DNA of 64,000 nt from an uncultured virus (IMG/VR IMGVR_UViG_3300049491_001058) (lineage: Duplodnaviria > Heunggongvirae > Uroviricota > Caudoviricetes). The position numbers were made by a program, and so were the translations under genes. The DNA lies in the IMG/VR virus record IMGVR_UViG_3300049491_001058. One strand, 5' to 3'. A model generated the notes under the pieces. It was not told where the DNA came from. It made no database searches and saw only the letters and a list, made by a program, of their open reading frames with translations. How positions within the stretch are numbered: the first letter of the stretch is position 1; each line of letters starts with the position of its first letter. Positions 26,305-36,575 of this stretch are shown in pieces.

Positions 26305-27320
26305 TGAAGCGCTTGCCGTCAAAAATCCTGGATGGGCTCAAGAGCCGGCAGGCGTCTATGGTGACGCCTGCCAGTTTTGTTGCGAGGAGTCTCAGCGAAG
26401 GCCTTGACTATGAGCCAGGGTGGAGAGCGTGGTTAGCCTCCTTCTACCATCAAGAGTTTTTTACAGCAGAGCAGAACGGAGGAGGTTTCTTATTCCCTCC
26501 CGGAGAGAAGGATGATCACGTTATCCAGTATTTCACATTTAAGACCTATGGCTCATGTAGGGAGGCAGATATTACTGAGGCAATCAGATGGAGCGAAAGA
26601 AACCATCTAAGGTCTGAAGAGAATATGGCAAAGATCAGAGCGATGGTCGTGGCTGGAGCGACAGATGACTATATCGCCGGGAAGTTTTTCACGAAACCAG
26701 AGAACGTGGCAACCTACGTGAAGCTCTTTTTTGATGTTCGTTCATGTCTTGATTCGCCTATATGGATGGACACATTCATCAAACCCGAGAAGACAGAATT
26801 AACAACGACACCGTTTGAGCTGAGAGAATTGATTTGGCTGGCGATTGGTTATCAAAAAGGATTGGCGGCACTGGAGGATTTTATCTCTGGAAAATCAGAC
26901 TACCTATCAGACAAGGAGATTGCGGCACTTTTTGAGACAACCAAGTCATCAATCACTTCTCAAGGGATGATGCATGCCATCGGCAACACCATTCTAAATA
27001 TCAATGGTCGCCCAAGCGAGCTAGATAGATCGCTAGCCATGAGACAGAATGATTCACTCAAGGCTGCGCCTCCTACTCTTTCTGGAGACATCAGTAAGAC
27101 AAAGGCCTGGATGGATGAAGCTATAGCCAACGATATTTTCTCGGAAGAGGTTGCGAGTGGAATTAAGCTTGGCGAAAAGACCTTTCTTGAGGCCTCAGCA
27201 ACTAAATCGCCCCCCGCTCTTTTGACTGAGACGAAGAACAGTAACACTATTCAGCGGTCATCTGTTGTTGGGCGCCTTACTTTTCTAAGGCAAAAAGATT
27301 GGCTTGTTTCTCCATTATAG
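26304..27320 (+). CDS. Hypothetical protein
   Basis: 338-aa ORF, TAATG overlap with the upstream stop. Confidence 0.75.
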   Translation: MKRLPSKILDGLKSRQASMVTPASFVARSLSEGLDYEPGWRAWLASFYHQEFFTAEQNGGGFLFPPGEKDDHVIQYFTFKTYGSCREADITEAIRWSERNHLRSEENMAKIRAMVVAGATDDYIAGKFFTKPENVATYVKLFFDVRSCLDSPIWMDTFIKPEKTELTTTPFELRELIWLAIGYQKGLAALEDFISGKSDYLSDKEIAALFETTKSSITSQGMMHAIGNTILNINGRPSELDRSLAMRQNDSLKAAPPTLSGDISKTKAWMDEAIANDIFSEEVASGIKLGEKTFLEASATKSPPALLTETKNSNTIQRSSVVGRLTFLRQKDWLVSPL

Positions 27321-27338
27321 AACGATACTTTAAACCAC

Positions 27339-28730
27339 ATGAACGCTGCCGAAAGCAAAATCAAAAAAGCCCTCAATCTCGCGGTCGATTACCGAAACAA
27401 GGGCTCCTCCCCGACGGAAGCGGTCATAAAGGCGGCATCTGATCAGTCCCTAAGCCCTGACATGGCGGAAAGGCTCGTGGAGTCGTTCAATATTGCCCTG
27501 ACAAATGCCACAATCAAAAACGCTTCCGATAAAACGGCAAGCTTCCTTCTTGCTGAAAAAGGGGAAGTAATGAAGGGAGTTTTTGACATCTATCGCCCGA
27601 GCGAAGGGAAGATGGCCTCAAGCTCTGAGCCGGATTCATTTTCTTGTACCCATGACGACATCGACTTGTCTTGGATGTATGGAGGTCGAAAGAGCGTTAG
27701 CTTCGATAACCCTGTTGAATTGATTCGCAAAGTAGCAGGTGTAACTCAATTAGCCGAGCATGAAATCAGCAACTACTCTCAGGACGCTCTTGCTGCATCC
27801 ATGAAAACCGAAAGGAGCTTCCTTGACGTTTGTGAGTCAGCCACGCTCTCTGATTTTAGAGGGAAGTTTGCGTCGTTCGAAATGAGAGCTCTGAGCGAGT
27901 ACGGTGAGGCCGTTCGTCCAGTCATTGACAACATTTATGAAGCAACCGGCTTAGAGGGTATTGGCGAAGCTCGGTTTGAGGGGACGGCAAAAATTGCATC
28001 AGAGTATTTTCCTCCGTGTTCGTTTTACTCAAAGTTTGAAAAACTCATGGCAGACACGACCGAGTTGTTTCAAAAGCAAGACGCTTACGACCAAAAGCTC
28101 GCAGCGCTTAATGAAGAAATCGGTGAGACTGAAACTCTTTTGCGGGAAGCTCTTTCGGATTATTCGTTTTCACCGACCATCGGGAAAAGCGCAGCAGCTA
28201 TGCTTGGGACAGCCCCATTTAGCTTCCTGCAAAAGGAGGGCGCTGACGAAAAAGAAAAAAAGCCTAGCGGCGGTGGAGGCGGTGGCTTTCTAAAGACCAT
28301 GGGTGGTGCCATGGGTGGAACCCCTTTTGATCGCAGCAAGTCATTGGTGCCTTCTTCTTGGGAAGGTACTGGAAAAAGCATTTCCGATGAATACCAACAG
28401 GCCCACACGAACGCTATTGAAAGTTACTACAAGGGGCCAAAGGACGAAGTTGACATGGAGATGTCGAATGTTCGTCGTCAAGCTATCCTGAGTGAGTTGA
28501 TGGCGAACGATGATATCATTTCGAAGATTGACCCCAAGCATATTGAACAGAGCTACAGTACCTTATTGTCGATGGCTCCAGATTTAACTTTGCAACCAGG
28601 GGTTGTTCAGAGCTGGCTGCGTCAATCTTCAGCGGCTCAATCTGTTGATCCTTATACTGCAAAACAACTTCTCGATCTCCAGCAAGGTGTTCTGAAAAAC
28701 AAAGCTATCGCCAAGGGGGAAAAAGTGTAA
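27339..28730 (+). CDS. Putative head/core protein with K-x-A motifs
   Basis: 463 aa, helical; KTA, KMA, KVA, KFA, KIA, KLA, KSA motifs. Confidence 0.6.
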   Translation: MNAAESKIKKALNLAVDYRNKGSSPTEAVIKAASDQSLSPDMAERLVESFNIALTNATIKNASDKTASFLLAEKGEVMKGVFDIYRPSEGKMASSSEPDSFSCTHDDIDLSWMYGGRKSVSFDNPVELIRKVAGVTQLAEHEISNYSQDALAASMKTERSFLDVCESATLSDFRGKFASFEMRALSEYGEAVRPVIDNIYEATGLEGIGEARFEGTAKIASEYFPPCSFYSKFEKLMADTTELFQKQDAYDQKLAALNEEIGETETLLREALSDYSFSPTIGKSAAAMLGTAPFSFLQKEGADEKEKKPSGGGGGGFLKTMGGAMGGTPFDRSKSLVPSSWEGTGKSISDEYQQAHTNAIESYYKGPKDEVDMEMSNVRRQAILSELMANDDIISKIDPKHIEQSYSTLLSMAPDLTLQPGVVQSWLRQSSAAQSVDPYTAKQLLDLQQGVLKNKAIAKGEKV

Positions 28731-29392
28731 TGAGCGAACCAGACAATTCATTTCCGTACGTCAATAGCCTTGTGTCCGCTTTGGCCTCTGGCGCAATCGG
28801 CGCAGGAGCCGCAAGAGCCATGACCCATCGAAAAGAAGATGAGTCAGATCAGCAATACGACAGACGAGTTTCTCTAAACACTTCCACTGGAGCTCTCGGT
28901 GGTGGCGCTCTGGGAGCAAGCTTACCTCTTCTATATCGGTTCGTCACTCCTGAGAAAAAGGAGCTGATCGATCGCTTCATGGATCATCCAATAGATACAG
29001 CACTCGGCACAGGGTTTGACAAAACGGTTGAGACGCTTGGGGCTGGCGGACTGATCGTTGGCGGCGCTGGCGCTGTTGCGGGAAAAGCCATTGGAGCTGC
29101 AGCAAATTCGTCTTCGGATAAAGCGATAGCAAAAACAGACGCACACAGGGCCTCAGCAGAGGCAAGCCAGATTCACGCCAATGCTCACGGGACTCCTGCT
29201 GATATAACAAAAGCGAATGCTCTTTTTAATGAATCGGTAAAAGCTCAACAAGCGGCCATAGAGCACTCCAATAACTTGAAGACCAAATGGAGATACGGAG
29301 CACATGGGGGTAAGCAGTATCATGGCACAGCAGGAGCCGTCCTCGGGACCGCATTGGGGATAGTTGGAGAAAAATACATGGATAAGCTTTAA
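28730..29392 (+). CDS. Glycine-zipper membrane protein
   Basis: Several GxxxG hydrophobic helices. Confidence 0.65.
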   Translation: MSEPDNSFPYVNSLVSALASGAIGAGAARAMTHRKEDESDQQYDRRVSLNTSTGALGGGALGASLPLLYRFVTPEKKELIDRFMDHPIDTALGTGFDKTVETLGAGGLIVGGAGAVAGKAIGAAANSSSDKAIAKTDAHRASAEASQIHANAHGTPADITKANALFNESVKAQQAAIEHSNNLKTKWRYGAHGGKQYHGTAGAVLGTALGIVGEKYMDKL

Positions 29393-29395
29393 TTT

Positions 29396-31876
29396 ATGTA
29401 CCAGTTCAGATACATGCCCAAGCTGATCCTTGCCGGATCATTCAATCACGATGACGAGTGGGGGGTCGCCACAATTGTTGACGATCCTGACGTTCTCAAG
29501 AAGTCTGCGTCATCAAAGGTTGTGGACGAGTGGGGCGAAATTGAACCAAAGAAAAACGCTTCACTCATTCATCTAGTCGCTCTTGGAGCGCATGAGGCTA
29601 CAGGCACGAACCAAAATGGCGACTCTTTTACCGAGGAGTTCTTGAAAAAAGCTCACCCAACATTCAAGAAGCATGGTGCTCTTTTTCGCGACCACAAAGC
29701 GAAGGACTTTCGAAAGAAAGAAGGAGACGTAGAGAAGACGGCCTACAACGACGACATGCGCAGAGCTGAACTTCTTGTGTCAGCAGATCACGATAAATGT
29801 GCCGATTGGCTTGGCGAAATAGAGAAAGGGAAGCGTGTAGATTTTTCGATGGGCTTCGACTGCGTGGCCGACCACTGTAGTATCTGTGATAACAGAGCAC
29901 CAACAAGAAAAGATTACTGTTTTGTCCCAGGCACAGAGATAACGATTGGCGATGGATCAGTTAAACCTATTGAGCTGATTGAAGTAGGGGACGCTGTAAT
30001 GGACGCAGGAGGCAATCCAACGAAAGTTGTTCAGCTCTTTAAGCATAATGTTGATGAGGACTTGGTGGTGCTTAAAGGATCCTTGTTTCAGCAGGAGCTG
30101 ATTGTAACGGACAACCATCCAGTGTTGGCTCTTCCTGCTGAAATGGGCAGATTTTACAATATAGATAACGCCCTTTATGGCACAAAGATAAATAAAGACC
30201 CTCTTTGCGAGGTGGAGGGCTTTGAGTCTTTTCTTTGTCCACCGGCTTTCGTTGATGCTGGCAAGATGAGGCAAAAGGACTTTATTTTCGCCCCTGTCTT
30301 ACAGATTGATGACTCCGTTTGGGACGGATTTTGTGACGAAGAGGAGGCGTGGATTTACGGGCTCTTTACTGCTGAAGGATCTTTTGCCAAAGATAAGGAT
30401 GGCGCTCGTGTATCGATTCAGTTCTCTCTTCATCAAAAAGAGACATGGATTATCGAGAGGCTTCAGTCTTACTTTAAAAAAAGATATGATCGAGATGTTA
30501 AAACCTACAGCAGAGAAACCTCAAAAGGCATAAGTGTCCGAATTCATAGCCGAGAGGCCGCCCTTGTGTTTTTTGAGGTGTGTGGTGAATACGCCACCCA
30601 AAAGACAATAGATGAGAGGTTTTTCCATGCACCTGAAGCAATAAGGAGAAGCTTACTGGAAGGTATTTATGCTGGCGATGGCCATATTTACTTTGAGAGA
30701 GGCTCTGACAAGCTGCCTTACTCTAGGATCAATTCTGCGTCTAAAAACCTAATTCGTCAACTTTGGCACCTAACTTCTCAAATGGGGTGCTTTAACTATG
30801 TGGGTCATGCTGTCCAGGTTGGAGGTCCTACAAACAGAACAAATAAGAGTGACTCGTGGTATTTGGCTTCCAGTTTTCTTGGAGACGACAAAGCTCAATC
30901 AGGAGGCAAAGGGTGGTTTGGCGGTATGGCTGTCGGGCATCTTCGAGAGGTGTCTCGAGTTCGGCATTGTGGACCTGTGTTTAATTTTGAAACAGAGTCT
31001 CACACTTATGTGGCTAACGGTATAGCTGTTCATAATTGCGACCATGTCAAAAAAGGAGCTAAGGCTCCATACGGCATGGGCAAGATCCTTCCTGATGGAA
31101 GAAAGTGTTTTGTGTTCAACCCGGAAGGGGTTTTCAATGACATCTCCAAAGTCGGCACAGGCGCTGACATGATTGCTCAGAACCTACGCAAGGTCGCTGG
31201 CGTCGATGGCGAAGAACTGATTGGCGGAGCGGAGTTAATGGAAATCGTTTTTCCTGACGTCCTGCTTGAGAAGTTTGCAGCTAAGATGGCCCTGGCTCAG
31301 AAGATGTCGCGGATGGAAAAGATTATTCCAGTGACGACAATTCGGAATAATAAGACTGAAAAACTGATCAGCAGTAAAACAGCAAACAAGCTCCGAGCAA
31401 TGCCCGCAGGAATGATGTTTGGCGAATTGGCTAAAGCTGGTTGTCTTCTTCCGTTGAGAGATTTCTTTTCCTTGGTCATGGGGGATATCTCTCCCGAAAT
31501 GGAGTCAATTATTGATGAGTCCGAAAAGGTCGCGAGCCTTGCCCTTACTCATGCAGTTTCATCCGATAAGGTGCTGCAGGATGTATGTTCGAATAAGAGT
31601 TACGAATGCTCCAAGGTAGCGTTGTCGTCTCTAAATTCGGATGAATTCGGTGATCTATCATTTAACTTTGGACTCGACGAGGACTTGGTTAACGAGAGGC
31701 TTTTGAAACAAGCCATGACAGGCAGCCGGTCTATTGCTCCGTGCTCGTTATCCGAAGTCTCTCTTCCGGCGCTTAAAATGCTGGAAGAGTATGCAGCATA
31801 TAAACTTGCTGTTTTGGAAACAGGTGTAATTAGCTCTGAGGAAAACTCAGCTAGACTTGTTGCCCGTATCAGCTAA
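29396..31876 (+). CDS. Prohead (capsid maturation) protease, intein-containing
   Basis: NQNGDSF...LFRDH...FSMGFDC...CSIC...C-D-H...FNDISKV...GAD pattern typical of phage prohead proteases; lies upstream of scaffold-like genes and the MCP. Confidence 0.75.
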   Translation: MYQFRYMPKLILAGSFNHDDEWGVATIVDDPDVLKKSASSKVVDEWGEIEPKKNASLIHLVALGAHEATGTNQNGDSFTEEFLKKAHPTFKKHGALFRDHKAKDFRKKEGDVEKTAYNDDMRRAELLVSADHDKCADWLGEIEKGKRVDFSMGFDCVADHCSICDNRAPTRKDYCFVPGTEITIGDGSVKPIELIEVGDAVMDAGGNPTKVVQLFKHNVDEDLVVLKGSLFQQELIVTDNHPVLALPAEMGRFYNIDNALYGTKINKDPLCEVEGFESFLCPPAFVDAGKMRQKDFIFAPVLQIDDSVWDGFCDEEEAWIYGLFTAEGSFAKDKDGARVSIQFSLHQKETWIIERLQSYFKKRYDRDVKTYSRETSKGISVRIHSREAALVFFEVCGEYATQKTIDERFFHAPEAIRRSLLEGIYAGDGHIYFERGSDKLPYSRINSASKNLIRQLWHLTSQMGCFNYVGHAVQVGGPTNRTNKSDSWYLASSFLGDDKAQSGGKGWFGGMAVGHLREVSRVRHCGPVFNFETESHTYVANGIAVHNCDHVKKGAKAPYGMGKILPDGRKCFVFNPEGVFNDISKVGTGADMIAQNLRKVAGVDGEELIGGAELMEIVFPDVLLEKFAAKMALAQKMSRMEKIIPVTTIRNNKTEKLISSKTANKLRAMPAGMMFGELAKAGCLLPLRDFFSLVMGDISPEMESIIDESEKVASLALTHAVSSDKVLQDVCSNKSYECSKVALSSLNSDEFGDLSFNFGLDEDLVNERLLKQAMTGSRSIAPCSLSEVSLPALKMLEEYAAYKLAVLETGVISSEENSARLVARIS
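29918..31036 (+). mobile_element. Intein with LAGLIDADG homing endonuclease (373 aa) in the protease
   Basis: Starts CFVPGTEI, block B VTDNHP, endonuclease blocks YGLFTAEGS and LEGIYAGDG, ends HTYVANGIAVHN|C. Confidence 0.93.
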
Positions 31877-31921
31877 AAAAAGATTGTCTTTCCACCCACC
31901 CGCACTTAATTACAATTACCC

Positions 31922-33859
31922 ATGAAGAAAACATCCAGCTTCGGCGACCTGCAAGATCGCCTCAGAAAACACGTTGAATCGGTCAAGAAGGCTTCCGCAA
32001 GTCTGGAAGAAGGTCAGATCATCGAAAAAGAAAAGAGTGTCTCTCTTCCATCCAGCGACAGCGAAGTGAAGGATATTCTTCCGAGCGCTGGCGTTCCCGC
32101 TGAGCCCAAAAAAGATCTAACTAATACCGGCGTCGCCTCTGGCGAATCAATGCCGGGAGTTTCTCTCAATCCTCCTCAAAAAGAGAAGGAGCGGAAGGAG
32201 GTTTCTCCAGAAGCAAAACTCGCCGGAGTTAATTCCACTGTCACGGAACTACAAAACCGATTGAGTCAAACCCTCAAGCAGGCGGCAGAAGCTATGATGG
32301 CTGAAGACGAAGGTCTTCCTGTCGAAGGCGCAAAGGCAGACACTACCGGAGCGACCCCCTCAATTCAAGGAGCTCAGGGCGTTTCTCAAACAGAAATTGC
32401 TGCAACTGGCGAACCCCCAGCTTCACAAGGCCCCAAGGAAGTTTCGCCTGAGGTAAAACTCGCTGCGGCTGATATCGATTTGATGAGCCAGAAAATGGCT
32501 CAATACACTCAGGACGTGATGACTGGTCGAGCCATGGCGCACGAAATGATTGCTCGCCTGGAAGAAATGACTTCGCCACAAGATCCAGCAAAACTGGCCG
32601 CAGCTGTGAGAGACAATACAATTGTCACCACAATTCGAGCTATGGTTGACTCCAGCCTTGAGGCAGGAATCATTTCCCACAAACAGGCCGACGCTATGTT
32701 TGCGATGGCCGGTTTCCAGCTGAACCCCTTGCACGCGGCAATCAATGAGGTGCAGCAAAAAATCGCAGCACTTGACCAAAGCGAACTGACCCTGAAACAA
32801 AAGGTCGCGTTCGTCACCAAATGTGCGGAGCCCGAAGAGGCAATGGCTGCCGCTGGTGGTCAAGCCCCTATTGATCCCGCTCAGTTGCAGGCCGCAATCG
32901 GCGAACTCTTGAGTCAACTTCAGGCGGCCGTTGAGTCCGGCCAGATTACTGAGGAGCAAGCTTTGCAAATTCTCGAAGAGCAAGGCATTCCTGTCAACGA
33001 GTTGATTGGTGGTGATGGCGTGGTTGATGGTGCTCAAGCCCCTGAAGGCGGCGGCGCTCCTCCTTCTATTGGCGGCCAGCAAGCTGAAATTGGTGAAGCC
33101 GCTCCGACCCCTCCTGAGGCTCCATCGCCGGAAACGGCTCCAGAAACACCAGCGGAAGAAGCTGCTGAAAAACACGCAGCTCGATTGGTTGGCAAGGTGG
33201 CCGCGCTGCTAGGCGTGAAGATTGCTGCCGGCCTAGAATTTTCTGCAGAGCAAAAGGGTGATTACAACAAGGCTCTCGCCCAGAGCAATGTGAATAAGGA
33301 AACAATTGGAATGCCTTCTGCAGAAAAAGGGCCAACCATTGGGCCTGTTCCTAAGACAGTCGAGGCTCCAAGCCTTAAGGGTGACGGTGTCCGGTCGAAC
33401 GCTCCCTTGTCTCCCGGTGCCCAAGGAACCCTCGATTCCTTAAGTAGCCTAACTCCAAAGCCCGATCTTGGCGGAAAGGGTGTGATGAAACCGACTCCAA
33501 CCCCTGGCTTCCTTGAGTCGCTCGGGATCAGCCCCGCAGCTCTGGGTCTTGGTCTAGGAGGTCTCGGCCTCGCTGGCTACGCAGCTCATAGCGCAATGTC
33601 TGATGACGAAGAAGAGGATCGACGCAAGCGCAAACACGCCGAAGTAGATCCTGCCGCAATGGCCGCTGATCCAGCCATGGCAGCTGGCGGAGATCCAGCG
33701 ATGATGGCTGAAGCTCCTGCTGGTGCCGAACAAGCCCCATCACTTGAAGAAGTTTTGGCAGAAATCGAGCAAGCGGTTCAAGCTGGCTTGATTACAATGG
33801 AACAGGCGCAGCAAATCGTCCAGGTCCTTTCGTCCGGAGGAGCGGCCCCAGCCCAGTAA
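31922..33859 (+). CDS. Putative scaffold/core protein
   Basis: Acidic, Ala/Pro/Glu-rich, about 14 K-x-A motifs, between protease and MCP. Confidence 0.6.
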   Translation: MKKTSSFGDLQDRLRKHVESVKKASASLEEGQIIEKEKSVSLPSSDSEVKDILPSAGVPAEPKKDLTNTGVASGESMPGVSLNPPQKEKERKEVSPEAKLAGVNSTVTELQNRLSQTLKQAAEAMMAEDEGLPVEGAKADTTGATPSIQGAQGVSQTEIAATGEPPASQGPKEVSPEVKLAAADIDLMSQKMAQYTQDVMTGRAMAHEMIARLEEMTSPQDPAKLAAAVRDNTIVTTIRAMVDSSLEAGIISHKQADAMFAMAGFQLNPLHAAINEVQQKIAALDQSELTLKQKVAFVTKCAEPEEAMAAAGGQAPIDPAQLQAAIGELLSQLQAAVESGQITEEQALQILEEQGIPVNELIGGDGVVDGAQAPEGGGAPPSIGGQQAEIGEAAPTPPEAPSPETAPETPAEEAAEKHAARLVGKVAALLGVKIAAGLEFSAEQKGDYNKALAQSNVNKETIGMPSAEKGPTIGPVPKTVEAPSLKGDGVRSNAPLSPGAQGTLDSLSSLTPKPDLGGKGVMKPTPTPGFLESLGISPAALGLGLGGLGLAGYAAHSAMSDDEEEDRRKRKHAEVDPAAMAADPAMAAGGDPAMMAEAPAGAEQAPSLEEVLAEIEQAVQAGLITMEQAQQIVQVLSSGGAAPAQ

Positions 33860-33868
33860 TACCCCATC

Positions 33869-34270
33869 ATGAAACCTGAAATCGTAAAACAAATCATTCG
33901 CGACTCCGCCGCCTTGCTGGAAAAAACAGCAGAGCTTTCGGAACAAGCTGAGCAGGTCCCCGAGCTCAAGCAAAAGGTGGCAACTCTTGCTTCCCAAAAC
34001 GCCTCGATGCTGAAAAGCGCAAATGATCTATCAAGTTCGCTTGCGGCTAGAGTTGAGAAGTTTGCGGACCGTCTTGTTGAGCACGGAACCTTAAACAAGG
34101 AACACAAGACCGCCTTTGTTGAAGCCGTGCGACAAGATCCAACTCAGATCGTCGATGTAATGGAGAAACTGGCAAGCCAGTCATCCATTCAGGAAATCGG
34201 TCAAGGAGGTAAAGCGGCTAGCTCAGAGAAAACTACCGATCCTATTGTTCAGTTCGCAATGGGTGAGTAA
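33869..34270 (+). CDS. Small scaffold-like coiled-coil protein
   Basis: 133 aa; 7 of 12 lysines fall in K-x-A motifs. Confidence 0.6.
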   Translation: MKPEIVKQIIRDSAALLEKTAELSEQAEQVPELKQKVATLASQNASMLKSANDLSSSLAARVEKFADRLVEHGTLNKEHKTAFVEAVRQDPTQIVDVMEKLASQSSIQEIGQGGKAASSEKTTDPIVQFAMGE

Positions 34271-34286
34271 GCTTAGTCAGCAATCG

Positions 34287-34320
34287 AAGGGCAGGTGGAG
34301 AAATCCGCCTGCCCTTTTTT
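34287..34320 (+). terminator. Intrinsic terminator
   Basis: aagggcaggtgga-gaaa-tccgcctgccctt plus T-run. Confidence 0.85.
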
Positions 34321-34506
34321 ATTTTGATTATTAACAAATAAACCATTTGATTTTTATAGCAAATTCAGGACATTTTTTTGCGGGTTATGAATAGTAGCCT
34401 TCGTTATTAGTCCGATGGGCTGATGATGAATCACAAATGCTTTAGGTGACACCAAAATAATGGTGAGAAAAAAGTAAACTCAGTAACCAACAAGGATAAA
34501 AATCAA

Positions 34507-35031
34507 ATGGCCTCTCTAGCCTTAAAACTTAACTTCATCCGTGGGTGGCCAAACCCCCACATCGATGAGTTCGTGAGCAATAACACGCCCACTTCCGTTG
34601 CCGTTGACGAAGGTAAAATCGCTCATCGTGATTCTACTGGCGCATGGGCGCTCGGCATTTCAACTGTCGGACAAACACCCTATGTGCTTTGGAATGGCGC
34701 TGCCTCAAATGGTGACCAAGGCGTAGCCTTCTCGTCTTCCGCCAACTTTGCTCAAGCCCGATACGGCGGCATTCAGGGTGTCTCGCTCAATAACCCGATT
34801 GAGTTCGAAACTGCTCAATACGGCGGCACCCCCACCTTCGGTCAGGGCCTCTACGCCCACACTGACGGCAAACTCTATCCTGCTGTTGAAGCGGATGGTT
34901 CGTTCATTACTGGTGCAGCCAGCAAGCCGATCGTTGCTTATGTCACTCAGGGAGTTCACTCCTCTCCTGGCGGCCAGAGCTTCATCACTGTGGTTCCCGA
35001 CAATAGTCGTCGCCTCAGCCCTGCTTCGTAA
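34507..35031 (+). CDS. Head decoration/cement protein (putative)
   Basis: 174 aa, Gly/beta-rich, immediately upstream of the MCP. Confidence 0.55.
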   Translation: MASLALKLNFIRGWPNPHIDEFVSNNTPTSVAVDEGKIAHRDSTGAWALGISTVGQTPYVLWNGAASNGDQGVAFSSSANFAQARYGGIQGVSLNNPIEFETAQYGGTPTFGQGLYAHTDGKLYPAVEADGSFITGAASKPIVAYVTQGVHSSPGGQSFITVVPDNSRRLSPAS

Positions 35032-35067
35032 TTCTGAACAACAAACCTAGAAAACGAAAACAGAATT

Positions 35068-36060
35068 ATGAAAGTTGATCCATCCACGCTGAATAAGCAA
35101 TTCATGTCCAAGATCGCTTCTGGCGACAAGCAAGGAGCTATGGACGCCGCCACCGAGTTTACTCGTCTGACTCTTCGTGAAGAAGGCCTTCTCCGTAAGG
35201 TGCTTCCTCCAAAGCCGATCAGTTACTCGGACCTTGACAAGCAGATCGACAGCGATCACCCCGTCAAGATCATGGACAAGGAAGTGAGCCAGCCTCTTTC
35301 CGTGTCCGTGCCGTTTGGCTCGCTCCCTGCGAACCAATACATCAAGGGCGCTCGTTACCGTGTTGATTTTGCTCGTCTCGTGAGCAAAAACTACACCAAG
35401 GACACAGCCGAGCTGAATGCCTATGACTATGATATCCGCGAAGTCTTCAAGGACAACGCCATCAAGGATCACATGACGGGCGAAGATGTTCCCTTCTTCC
35501 AGCTCGTCAACAGCCTCATTCAGTCCGATCCCGACAACGGCATCGCTGTAGGTAACGTTGCGTCCGCCATGACCGGCAAGGTGCAGTTCCATGACTATAC
35601 TGACTCGACCAAGAACCCTCGTGGCTACACGGGCTTCAGTCGTGACAGTGTTGTTGATGCGTTCACTATCATGACCAAGGGCTTCGGCAGCGGCGCCAAC
35701 TCCACTCCTATTCGTCTCCAGACGGATCTCTGTGTGATGAATGCCAATACTGGCCTCGAATTTGTCAAACTGCTGCCCACCGAAATTGGTGAGCGCATTG
35801 CTGACAAGCTAGCGACAGATGGTTTGGTTGAGGACACATTCTTTGGTCGTCGTTTCTTGTTTACCATCAAGGACGACATCATTGAGGACGGCGCCATGTA
35901 TATGTTCGCCAAGCCCCAGTTCCTTGGCGTACTGCTGGAACTGGAACAACCCGTTCTTTTCCTCGAGAACCGAGCATACATGATGGAGTTCTTCATCTAC
36001 AGCATGCTTGGCTCATCGATCGGAAATGCGTTCGGTCTTGCCAAGGCAAAGTACTTCTAA
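35068..36060 (+). CDS. Major capsid protein (HK97 fold, putative)
   Basis: 330 aa; FTRLTLREEGLLRKVLPP N-terminal block; strong codon bias; position after protease/scaffold/decoration genes; followed by a terminator. Confidence 0.8.
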   Translation: MKVDPSTLNKQFMSKIASGDKQGAMDAATEFTRLTLREEGLLRKVLPPKPISYSDLDKQIDSDHPVKIMDKEVSQPLSVSVPFGSLPANQYIKGARYRVDFARLVSKNYTKDTAELNAYDYDIREVFKDNAIKDHMTGEDVPFFQLVNSLIQSDPDNGIAVGNVASAMTGKVQFHDYTDSTKNPRGYTGFSRDSVVDAFTIMTKGFGSGANSTPIRLQTDLCVMNANTGLEFVKLLPTEIGERIADKLATDGLVEDTFFGRRFLFTIKDDIIEDGAMYMFAKPQFLGVLLELEQPVLFLENRAYMMEFFIYSMLGSSIGNAFGLAKAKYF

Positions 36061-36097
36061 GATCATGGGCACCTAGCCCTCATCTATCAAGGACTTC

Positions 36098-36135
36098 AGG
36101 GGGTCGGCAGAGAAATCTGTCGGCCCTTTCTTTTT
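36098..36135 (+). terminator. Intrinsic terminator
   Basis: gggtcggcaga-gaaa-tctgtcggccc plus T-rich tail. Confidence 0.8.
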
Positions 36136-36173
36136 ATATTTGATTTTGTCGCCTTTGTTACACAAGTAGGAAA

Positions 36174-36575
36174 ATGAAGCCTGCCACATTCGCCCCCGCT
36201 TTCGCTTGTCTATATCCCGGCCTTTGTGATGTCGCTCAAAAACTAGGCTATGCTCTATCCATCCATGGCTCAGTTTCTCGTGATCTTGATCTTGTCGCTA
36301 TCCCTTGGATAAATGAAGCCGTCGACGAGGAGGTTTTGGTGAAGGCAATTATTGATCACACTCATGCCTGCTTATATCCAGACCTCCTTCGCCGAAATGG
36401 CAGACTATCAGAGGATCAGATCAAACAAGTATGCAGCAGGGCCGAAAACGTAAGTCCTCAAGAAAAACCTCATGGCCGTCGATCGTGGAGCTTGCATCTG
36501 GATTTCTCCGCCTATATCGACTTGAGTGTAATGCCGAAACAAGAAAACACAAACATAGGAGCTAGAACCCAATGA
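36174..36575 (+). CDS. Hypothetical protein with minimal nucleotidyltransferase-like motif
   Basis: GYALSIHGSVSRDLDLVAIPW fits hGS-x-DxD; a further YIDLSV strand near the C-terminus. Confidence 0.5.
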   Translation: MKPATFAPAFACLYPGLCDVAQKLGYALSIHGSVSRDLDLVAIPWINEAVDEEVLVKAIIDHTHACLYPDLLRRNGRLSEDQIKQVCSRAENVSPQEKPHGRRSWSLHLDFSAYIDLSVMPKQENTNIGARTQ

